Position numbers and translations under genes: made by a program. From assembly GCA_963924565.1 (NCBI GenBank), contig OZ004609.1:20646001-20710000 (forward strand): a stretch of 64,000 bases of DNA. Direction: 5' to 3'. Shown one piece after another: positions 41,701-53,700 of the stretch (within the stretch, counting starts at the first letter, position 1; each line of letters begins with the position of its first letter). Below the pieces are notes generated by a model. The model was not told the origin of the DNA, ran no database searches, and saw only the letters and a program-made list of their open reading frames with translations. Source of the DNA: Ascidiella aspersa. Taxonomy: Eukaryota.

Positions 41701-44700
41701 GGCCTGTTGCTGCTTATGACTACAATAATGCAGCCCTATAATTTCAATTTTGTGGTTATCCAAACAGGCTCCGATAACGCACTAAGAAAAACTAAAAAGT
41801 GAATACATTTTTGTTATGTAATTTGTTTTAAAGTATTATTATTCAAAAACTTTTGTTTGGTGTTCCGCGAAATTATTTTAATGCATAAAGTGTTCCGTAG
41901 CTCAACAAAGGTTAAAAAAGACTTGAACGACACTCATTCAGGTACATTATTTTGACCTTCCGACAACCCTCTCTTTTTTAGATTGGATTATTGACAGCAC
42001 AATCGGCCTAAAAACTCTTCGTGGCTTAAAAAAAGGCAATACATCGTTAACAAAAGCTACAACTTGGTCATGTATTTTGCAGCTTTGCAGAATTTTGCGA
42101 TGCTTAACCCCCTAAAAAAATTAATTTAATTGTTTTACTGAAAAGAGACAGTCCGCGATTTTAACATGAACACATTTCACAGCAAATGTTAGTAAAGCGA
42201 AATTATCTAACTTGTTCTTTGCTTGCTTCAATTTGTAGGCAATATACCTAAATTGCTAGTGCTAAAATCGACCAAACCAATTTATTTTGATTCAATGACA
42301 TATTTTTGATTCGATAAGTGTTGCTTTTTGTAAAATTGGTTCCGTTATGGGTAGCTTGTGTTCTCACATCTTGTTATTCGTGCAGATCTAAGGGCGATCG
42401 TAAAGGCTTTGTTGCACTCGATCCGAGCGCTGAAGGACGCCATTCTCCTCACCGTCTTCGTCGTGTCGGTCTTCGCGCTCATCGGATACCAGCTCTTTCA
42501 CGGCACCTTGCGGCAAAAGTGTATGCGCATTCCGGGCACGCTCGAGCTGGCGCCGGACGCCATGTATCTGGCCACATCGGGCCCGAATTTGGGCGCTCCG
42601 GAAACGCCCGAGGCGCTTTTCGCCGGATTCAGGACGCTCGCCGAGTTTGGCTCCAACACAAGCGCCGTTCCGGACACGAATTTTGTACCTATTTACGCTA
42701 CCGCGAGTGCCTTAGAACGCGACTGGGCCTGCAGCAAGCGATTGCAGTTACCCACCGCCGACAGGTCGGACTGGAGCCAGGCTGACGCCACCTTCATGGC
42801 TGATCTGACGAACGCTGCTAACACAACGTACTTTAACGGCAGTGGGTGGACGGCCAGCGATAACGCGTCTGCCGTTTTAAATTACAGCCAGTGCTTTGCC
42901 ACTGGTGAAACACAGCTCGCCCTTTTGCCGCTCGCGTCACTGCTGTGGATCTCAGGTATTGCGCAAGCAAATCGTAACGCCAGCGACATGATCAACGTTA
43001 CCGTGACGTATCAAGTGGCTGCTGTACCTTGCCTGGCCGAAGCAGCTTACTACAGCAACATTAGCTTGGGCCTGGGCGATCGGGTATACAATAGCTCGAA
43101 ACTGGATTTTAATTCGACCAGCTCGGACTTGGATTACGTGCAGTCGACTCTGCTGTACTGGGATCGGCACTTGCGCATGTTTGCTTTTCGGCGTTACGTC
43201 ATACTTTTTCGGATCGTGACGTCACGAGGCGCCAAGAGCTCCGATTTTGTGTATCTATCGGAAAAGAGTGAAGACTCGCTGAGCAACGAAGAACGAAGGG
43301 ACTGGTGCGAGGACAACGCCACTTACTGTCTGTCAGAACCAGCCACCGGGAATTTTTACTACCCAGGATCACCGAACCGTCCAAATCCCGAACCTGTTTA
43401 TTGTGCCATCGAAGAAAAGTAAGACAACTCGTAGAGTTTCGTCATTATTTAATACGTGCGTCAAGCGCCTTGTTTACTTTTCAATAATGTTTTATCGTAA
43501 AAGTTTTTTCATACATTTGTTATTTGATGGTATAATTTATTTTTTTAGTTAAAAATATTTTCGAAAATTTATGTAACTTTTGTTCAAACTAAGTGGTTAA
43601 GCCGCAATGCGAGTTTTTGATCAAATATTTCTCAATACTCACAAAAAAAGAATATATTTATGTTCATCAATCCTAGTTTTGTACAATACAATAGAATTGA
43701 AATCAAATATCAATTTTATTTCTTAGCAATATGTTCTCCAATGAAATAACCAACCACGGGGGACGTTGAATTTTTACTACCAATAATTTAATGTAAAAAA
43801 AACTTAAAAAAAACAACTTTGTATTATTATATGCAGCGATATATGTCCGCTTGGTTACAAGTGCATGATCGGCGGAGCAAATCCGGACTTCGGTTACACA
43901 AGTTTCGATCATTTTTTCCTTTCCTTTCTAACCTCCTTCCGCTTGGTGGCACTTGATGCTTGGGGCCGACTTTACTATCTGGTAAGATTAAAGTCATAAA
44001 AAAGGTTCAAAATAAAAGTCATCGAAGATAAACTTACAACCCAAATACCTGAGAATATTCTCGTGTATCATTTTGCATTGATAGACTCATTATATTCTTG
44101 CTACTTTACAGTAAGCATATAACATCCGGCATAGACAGAACAACTGTACAAGAGGTGCGCCGTTTAAACAGCCAACCATAAACTTAACTATATAGTTATC
44201 GATGCTCTAAACGTGTGGTTTCAAAACTTAACAACAGTTTGTTGAAAGATTCCTGAAAACGTGATTGTTTGGTCCAATCAATTATTAGGTGATTTCCAAA
44301 CAGCGTGTATTTCGTTCAATTATTTCTATAAAAAAACGCCGACGCAATCTTGTGAACTAACCACAATTTACTATGTGCCACTTTACGCAGACACTGCACA
44401 CAATTGGGAAAACTTATGCGATATTTTACGTGGTGGTAGTGCTTCTTGGTTCCTACTATCTTGTAAACCTCATTTTGGCTGTGGTATACATGTCCTACGA
44501 GGAACAGCACGCCGCTGTAGAAGTGGAGGAATTGGTGAGATTAGGTTTTCCGTTTGTGGAGTATATATGTTGTAGGTATAATATTCGTACAAAGGCGAGG
44601 ACAACTCAGTAGTGTAAAGCCTGATTCACTGTAAAATCACGTAAATAAAAATCAATTTTAAAGCTAAGCTTTGAATAAACGTGGCTTTATTTAGAGATAT

Positions 44701-47700
44701 ATTCCACAATATTTAAGCTTAGATATATCGGTAATATATTTCGCTCTATATTGTTAGTTTTTTTTATGAAATTCTTGTAACAAAATTTCGACATTTTTGT
44801 TATACAGGAAGCAAAAGAACGCGAAGAGAATGAAGTAAGTTTCGTTATTAATATGTCAAATATCTATATAATAGTTTGGGCTGTGTATGTTGTATTTGTG
44901 ATATATGTTATGCTAAATTTAAATCAAGTCTTTGGCTCTGCAATAAATGTTTTTGACTTTTACAGAAGTATATAGCATCTCATTTTAAGCATTCTTACAC
45001 ATCACAACAATTTAAAATGAAACAACCAGAAATAACCTGTTTTACGCGTAAAAATTATTACTCCAGTAATTGGGTAAAGTCAAATCATCCTAAAACACCA
45101 AACAAAAGTGCACTCAAGTCAAGTTGGTCTTGATTTTAAAAAAAAACTGTGTTCTGCCGAAAGCTTGAAGATGCGCGCGAAGACGACCTGGTGAGCATCC
45201 ACTGCGACAACGACGATATCGGAAGCAGCGCAAGTGACGTGGAGCGCGGAAGGGGAAGGGTCGGATTGATTACGACATCGCTGACGTCATACGAGACCCG
45301 GGTGTCTGGCGGCGAGACCACCGGGGGGCCGTTCAGCTTCCGGGACTCCCGGCGCCGGCGCTGGCTCGCGTCGCGACGCTCCAGGGCCACCTCGACTAGA
45401 AGCTCGGTTTTCGAAGAAGACGACGGAGCATGGGAGCGGAGGACTACGGCGGGATCGATTCGATACAAGGGATCGGTCAGGAGGAACCGGAATATGTCAA
45501 CGCTTGATCCGAGGTCAAATAAAAGTTGATATTTTAAGCCAGTGCTTTTCAACTGGGTGTATTGTACACCGCGTACCACATTGGTGGGGTGTACTGGGAT
45601 GTACAATATACCACATTACAATAAGCCTATATGATCACACTGTTTTAAGCGACGTATACAATACGTATAACCGCCGATACAAGGGTAATAATTTTAGATC
45701 CGATAAGATACCAAACTCACACAGACATAGCAGCCATGGCGTGGTTTGCCAATTTTTCCGAGTTTGGTAAAATAGCTAGTAGGCCAAGTTTTCAAAAGCC
45801 AGATCACATTTAAGCATATTAACCTGAAAACGTTACGTTTGCTATTTGGTATCGGATACATAAGCCTACTTTTTGCCCAAAATATGGGTATAGTTTACAA
45901 CATAAAATACTGGGTATTAGACGGTACTTAGACATTCCTATTTGCAAATCAATCATTTCAATAAAACATTTATGCAGTTCTGCTCAACCGAGTTCGGACT
46001 GCTGTTCCGACGACTGCCACGACAGAACGCCCAACACCAAGCGTAAAAGAAAGAGGAGATCGCGCGCGTGGAAGAAGCGAGAGCATCACACGAGCGTGAA
46101 CTCGAAGAACTCGAGCCTTACCAGGCTCTCGACAGAGGCTCTGGAGAGCGATCGAACAAAGCTCACAGAGGTCCGTTCGAGCTCGCCCACCATCCAACTT
46201 GTGGTAACGGCCGCTGACAATGAGACACCAGAGAAGCTGCCTCAAGTTGTGGGCGACCTAGTCCCAAACTGCTCCAACAATTTTCTCAGCATCGAGCAGG
46301 CATTATGGAATTCCCCCGGTGTCGCTTCGATGTCAGCCGACTCATTCTCGGACTACTCGTGTCGGCTTTGTGACTCACAGGCAACGTCGTTCAGCAATGG
46401 GAGATGCAGCTGTGCAGGACTGACAGGTTGCTGTTGTGCTTTTTTATTTGCTCAAAACGATGTGCAAATCGGTAACTATATTTAACAGAGGCGGCATGGT
46501 CATACAAACACACTCATAAACTCCTATTAAAAAGACACTAGCTATAAACAGGGTCATGTTCACAATTAGTACACTTTAAGAGTACTGAAAAACGTTTTTA
46601 AATATTCATTTAATTATTTTACTTTTTACCGGATTATAAACTAATGTTTTAGACTTAGTAATCTTGGATTAATTGTTCTCTCCAAACACGTAAACTGTAT
46701 CTGTTAGAATTAAATAGTTGCGAGTGGTAAACTACTCAACCGATGGTAACCCTGGCTATAAGTATTAATATAAAGGATTATACAAATATATATTGTCTTA
46801 ACAAAATAGTGACAATTCAAAGATAATATATATTCCTGCCAGAACGATTTGTATAAAACGTGACCAATGCATTTGCCAGTGCTTCCTCGCTTACTTATTC
46901 AATCGTAGTTCTTTGCGCATACACCGCCATATCTACAACTTACCTTTCAGGTTCCCGCAACAGCAGTAATCTTCAAGTGCCAATTTTCTTCGAAGAACGC
47001 CGCCTCAGTGAAACTTCGTCGCTGGATGAGGGCCAACAAGTTTCTCATCAAGTAAGAGCTCGTATAGCGGTCATCGTCTGTAAATTGTCGTTTGTCCTCT
47101 GAATATACTTCTTTTGTTATAAACACAGGTGGTCGAAGCAGAGGTAAACCATTTGGCCCCCAGCGAGGTGGACGTATTTGCCTCACCTACACCAGACAAA
47201 GGTTTAACAATACCAGCTGGCACAAACTGTTCGCCTAACCTTCTTCTTCCTCCTTCTTGCTGTAACGAAATCAGAGGAAGAGGAGGAGATGAACTCTCTA
47301 TTCCCAACTCACCCATCTTTCTTCCTAACAATAAGTACAACGGTGAGTAGGTGATTTCCAAACATTATACAGTTGGTTAAACGAGTGACAAAACTGATAA
47401 CCAAAATTTTTATTCAAAATCTGATCTTCTAACTGGTATCTCGCATCGGATCAAACGTGGTCAGTATTTTTGCAAACCGTTCCAGGTCGTCAAACCAAGC
47501 GGCGTATATCGTAATACGAAAAATATTTTCAATAAAAAAATGACGTGAAATTTAACACTGTTACTTGATAATCAACGCTGTCGCATCACAGACATATACA
47601 GAAAAAGGCCAAATGTTTACTAAAAACACCAAACGTAGCAAATAATTTTTTAAATCAGAAAACGCAACGACGCCACTACTCTCTCCCCTTCCGAGTCCTG

Positions 47701-50700
47701 CGTTAACAGGGTCAGTTGTGTCTAGTCCTCGCAGTCGCCTCTACAAGCGAAAATCGTCGCTCTCCAAGGAAAGGATACGCATCATCCAACTACAGGTATA
47801 AAGTGTTATTTCAAAGTTCTGTTGGTGTATTAATGACACCAATCAGGTCCTCCACACACATTGCGGTTTTAAGTAGCAACATTCTATGGCTGATCTTATA
47901 AAGGCAATTTCAATTTATTTTCAGGAAAGTGATGACCAGTTTTGCGACGAAGATGACGAAATTACACCCGTACCGAGTGAGCAAACCGTTTTAATGTGTC
48001 GTTTAAAAAGTTAAACTTGTAAAACCTTTTGAAAATTGTTACCTTAAAAAGCATGTTATTTATTAATCAGTTAGATATAGTTGTTCGTAACTTTTTTTCA
48101 AATTATTTAATAATCGAAGGGTTGTGTTATTTTCTTTGCTTAAAAACTCGTATCGGGGTTATCCTTTTGTCATCGCCGTATTGCGCCCGATTTTGCTTTT
48201 AAAATACATTGAGTAAAAAAATCATTTTCTAATGCGACGTGCCATTTCTGAAAAGCCACCGAGAAGACAAGGAAGAAAAAAGTTGTGCGAAAGCAAACGG
48301 CGCAGAGAGTTCGACATTTCTGCGATATTTTCCTTGACTACTTTGCTTTATGGTCTTGCTGTCCACCACGATGGAAGGTAGAAAACGAAAAATATATCGC
48401 AGTGTGTTTACATTATTTCTATAACACTGTAAAAGGTTGCATTGTGTAAGCTTCTGAGGCGAATGTATATCGTACGGCTATAACAGTGGTTCTTACCTGG
48501 GATGCCGCGGCACTCTATAGGGTGCTTCTTAAAACAATTTTTTTGTGTACGATAAGCTTCTTGTTATAATCTTTGTGTACGATTAAAGTGCCAAAAATTA
48601 AAAATGTTGTTTAGCTATTCTGCACATTTAATGTGCTGTTCCAATCTCGTTTATTGTAACGTTACATTTAAAGTTAACTTTAGCAAAAATACGAGCAAGT
48701 GCGCCGCTAGGTATTTATAATTTCCGTAGGGTGTCGCAAGCTAAAAAAGGTTGCGAAACACTGGGCCATAACCACGTTTCTTTGTACAGTTATTTACGTG
48801 TCTTACATTTCTCTCAAACAGGGCTTCCAACGAATGGTGGAGAACATTGTACTGAATCCCTTCACCGATCTTTTTATCACCCTCTGCATCGCGCTCAACA
48901 CTCTCTTCATGTGCCTCGAGCGGCATCCAATGGAGATAGGGTTCGAACTTATGCTGGAACGAGCGAATTTGGTAGGTGGGCTTTCTCTCACTCCATCGTC
49001 GAATGTTTTCCCAGTTTAACCTGAAAAACAAGCCTAGTTGTAATGTGAAATTATCTTTATATAAAAAAGTATCATTAAAAACTTCAATTAAACTTTTTTG
49101 CAAGACGTGACTTTGCTCTTTTTTACCGAAACTCCAAACAGGTTTCAAAACAACTTTCCTAAGCTATTTATTTCCAAAAAAAAATTTATCATAGGCTGCT
49201 GGAATGTACAAATTGTCTTATTCACTTGGACAAAAGATTATTGCTCTGCTATTAATTTACATCTCCGCTCTATTAAACCATCACCAAACCACTTCAACAA
49301 AGGACTGAAATCTCTCTATACTTAGTGTTAATAAAACGCACCAGTTACCGTAGCTTTGCAGTTCACCCTACTTCTATATTGTGAGGCTACGTATAAGACA
49401 TCTCAATATTTTCTGCAGTTTTTCACCATTGTCTTCACGGTGGAGATGGTGTTAAAGATTGTCGGTCTGACTCCTTTTCATTACTTGGCGGAGCGTTGGA
49501 ATGTCTTCGACGCAGTAGTGGTCTTCTTCAGTTGCCTTGAACTACTTCTTAAATCCATGAACGGACTTTCTGTGCTGCGCGCATTTCGATTAGTGAGTAC
49601 AAATTTCCAAAAGATAAAACGTACTGATTAACGTACAATTGTTTTTTTGGTTTCATAGCCTTTAATGTTGAATATGTATGTTTAAAAAGCAAAATTACAA
49701 AGCGTTTGACAGCATACCACAGTTTTAATAAATTTCTGTTGCTCTGTATCCTTTCTGCCAACACAAAGCAGCCCTGCGCACTTTAATGGTAAAAAGTTTT
49801 TGGACCCACATTGCCTTGAAGTGCATTAACATCATCACACCTTTTCAGATGCGAATTCTAAAGTTAGCCAAACAGTGGCCTGTTTTAAACAAGCTGCTGA
49901 GAACCATCGGCAAAACGATTGGCAAGCTTTGGCATCTGACAATCGTCTTCATGCTTGTGCTCTTTATTTTCGCTCTTATCGGGATGCAGCTGCTGCGACA
50001 GAGCTACATAAATCATTACGGGGTAGGTCTTGTAGCTTGTGTAGTGTTTCTATAAACATTTATAAGAGTAATATTATTGAGTCCTGTATGTCGCGGCTAC
50101 TATTAGAATCATATAAATTGTTTCTTAACACCGTTAAATCAGCCAGTAATTAAGCTTAATAGCATTTGGCTTAAAATAAATTATCACTTACCTGCAAGTC
50201 AAATTGCATAATTTTATAGAATACATGTAGGCTATGCAAAACTAACAAACTGCAACCATTACAGAGCAACCAGCCTCGTTGGAATTTTACTGACTTTCCA
50301 CACGCAGTCATGGTTGTGTTTCGAATTCAGTGTGGGGAGTGGGTCGAGAACATGTTCAACTGCCTTAACGTGGCCGAACCTGGCATCTGCATTCCGCTCT
50401 TTATTCTCGTCTATGTCATCGGAAATCTTGTGGTAAGAAGAATATAGTTTAAAGTTATTAGAAGCACTTGGGACAATACATATTCTATGCTTATAAATTG
50501 GTTGGGGATACAGTAGATAAGTTTATATAACTTCATTAGTTCTGCTTTACAGTTTTAAAAAGTTTGTCAAAAATATATGAGCAAAACATGAAATCACGAT
50601 GCTCATTTTTTTTTAACAAAAGATCAAATTAAAAAAATCAATTCTATTTTCAGATTTTAAACCTGTTTCTGGCCCTTCTTTTGAACTCCTTTAGTGGAGA

Positions 50701-53700
50701 CGCACTGCAAACCACGGAAATCGAAGGAAACAGTATTTCGGAGGCATTCAACTACTTTGTTATTTGGGGAAGAAAACGAAGAAAACAAATATCCAACATG
50801 ACGACAAACGTATGCCAGGTTGCTGCTGTTGTGATGACGTTTTGATATACTAATATGCACGCTTATTGAGTGACATAGATTTTAATTAAAAAAAAAGTAT
50901 AAATATAAGAAGGATTACGAATTGGACTAAACAAGGGGTTCTACATTGGGGTCCGTGGACTTCTTGAGGCCACGTGAACTAGTTTTATGGGTACATTGAT
51001 GACTAAATGAAATCTTGGTGTATAATTAAATAATAAATGTGTTTTTTAACAAAAAAACGATTATTTAAAGAAATGACAATAGTTCTGCTTCGCTAAAAAA
51101 AGTGTAGAACCCATGCACTAAGCCAATAGTTTCTTTTTTTTCAGTTTGGAGGTGTCGAAATACTTTTCATCCTTGTACCAATTAGTATCAATCTTTAAAA
51201 ACTCCACAGTTAATCAAAAATAACTAACATGATTTTGAATTAAATTAATAAAAGCTTTGTGTTTTTTTTGCACCTACAGTTCTAGATAATTTTGTTATTG
51301 TTTTTGTACCACTAATAGCAATTTGACTAATTGATCAAGAGAAAAACTAGACGGTTGTTGATTTTGCAATTTGTTTTAAGTAAAAAAGATGACTTCAAAG
51401 TAAGTCAAATTTGTCCCAAAGATTGAATTTGTTTCGGTGGAGAACCGTGGTCTAAAGCAGGGTGGTCTAAAGCCAGGCCCGCGGGCCACATGTGGCCCGC
51501 GAAGCACTGTTGAATTATTGTAATGCGAACAATTTGAGTTTGTATTCAAATAAACATAAGTGACCAAAGAACAGCAAGCATGTTCGGATCCAGAGGGCGA
51601 TGAGAACGCCTAATTTTTGGTATGTGTTGGGCCGGTTAGAACAGGGGTCGGCAACCTAAGGCCCGCGGGCCGGATCCGGTCCGCCAAAGTAATTCATCCG
51701 GCCCGCCGCCTCTTTGACGAATTATAGACACGAGTCCATTTTATATACTTTTTTACTTTTTAACGACGTAAGTGCAAATTTCGCGTTTGGCGCCAATGAT
51801 CTTTATACATCCGGTTCATTTACATTTTGATGCTGTCCTTTGAAAAAGATTAGTGCTTCTTTACCGTTGCATCGTGAAAGGCTGACAATTTCGTCGCGGC
51901 CAAACGGAAAACGTATTTAAAAATTTTTATTTTCGGCAATGTAATAAAACTTGCAAGAAATTTAAAAAAAATACCGGTATACCAAAAGAAACGCCACGAC
52001 TTAAGAACTTAACAAATACTGAACTACATTAACCAATAAAGTTATCGCGTTTCTTCAAAGTAGTTTTATTAAACTGTTTATTAGTAGTAACACTTTACTG
52101 CCTCCTTAAATGTAATTAAACACGATCCGAGACCCGCCTGATTCACACCATATTAATAAATTAACTGGTTTTGGCCCGCGACAAGAAAAAGGTTGTCGAC
52201 CCCTGGGTTAGAAAGTCGCAGTACGTATATAGAACTTTATAAAATGGCTGTTTTGCAAACTTATAACTTATATTTGCGTTTTGTTTTCCGTCTTTTTAAT
52301 ATGAACATAATATAAAAGTAACGACCCTAAATAAATTACTATTTTTTGTCACTTTAAAGTAAATGCACAATATACATAATTCGACTATCAGCAGCGCAGT
52401 TTTCAAGTTCCATGAACGGAACGAGCGCTTAATTACAAGCACGTCTTTCACCACCTGCAATACTAAAGGAAGATCATTTTTTCCGGGTGTTATTATGCCA
52501 CGATTAGCGCAACATCTGCGCCGAGTTGTGTGAAAGTCAGCTAAATTACAAGCTGCGGTTGAGGGGAAATAAGTTGTGTCCATTGCACACTTAGCACGTG
52601 GTCTTAGAGTATGCTTAAAGAGCATAATTTTGCGTTAACCATCATTACTTAAAAATGTAGATTTTGAAACGCGCAAGACAGTCGTCACCATTATACCTCC
52701 TTTTAAGAATCTGCTTCAGTTAAACAAATGTCGATGTTACACGAACATCGAATATTAGCGCAGAGACCGAATGGCGAGGAACATACTGCGTATAACTCGA
52801 CGTTTTTTAGAGAGAAAAAAAGAAAGAAGGTTTGACTTAGCGTTGTCAATTGTCGAATACACACTTGCTAATCAGTCAACCTAAACAAATAACGAAAGAG
52901 AAAAACTTTCAGCGTTTACGGTCGACCAAACAAAAGACGAAAAACGGCGTTTTGCGCTCGATTTTGGTTTCGCATTAAACTAAGACGCGTGACCCAATTA
53001 CTTAAAAAGCACGCCGCTTCGAACAATTTGTTACGATGACAACGAACAAAAAACGATAATATCACTTCCAAAAAGGGGGTAAGAACTCCCGCCCCCCTGG
53101 ATACGCCACTGGGGGCAATGGATAATGTATAATATTTTTAAACTTCTTAAGTAATACATATTACACTTATAAATAATACTAATAATCGCATTTTGCAATT
53201 CCAGGGGTGGGCAATTGGCCCCCCTTGCCCCCCCGTGCGGGCGCCCATGGGTCTGACCCTTTCCATTATACAATTTAATCGAGTCAAAAAACATTCTACG
53301 CTTATAACTGCGGTCTTCTTCAAAATTGAACGTTTTGTGAAATACGCAATTTTTTCGCGCTTCGCGCGAACATTTTCGCCACAACACACTTGCACTGCAC
53401 ATTTGCACATTTCGACGTTCCTAACTTTAAGAGATTGCCTTTATTTAACTCTACCGTGTCGAAAAATATGCAGTTGGGAAAATGTACGCTCATTACTTGT
53501 TCAGCCGTTCTGCTGCCGCTTGCTGATAGGAGTCCGGGGTTCTCCCAAAAAGATTATCGACAGTTTGCCGACGATGGTTGAAATGAGAAATCTAGAAAAT
53601 GCGAGCAAAAACAAGCCAAAGACCGCCGACGAAGAAGTTGCCAATGAACCCACGGGTAAAAAAAAACTTTACAGTCAAGTTTAACTGATTTTTCTTTACG

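Noticed and set aside
43727-43763. Possible extra exon before exon 7 (tcttag|caatatg...)
   Set aside because: Hits TGA, has no good donor, and exon 6 already joins exon 7 in phase.
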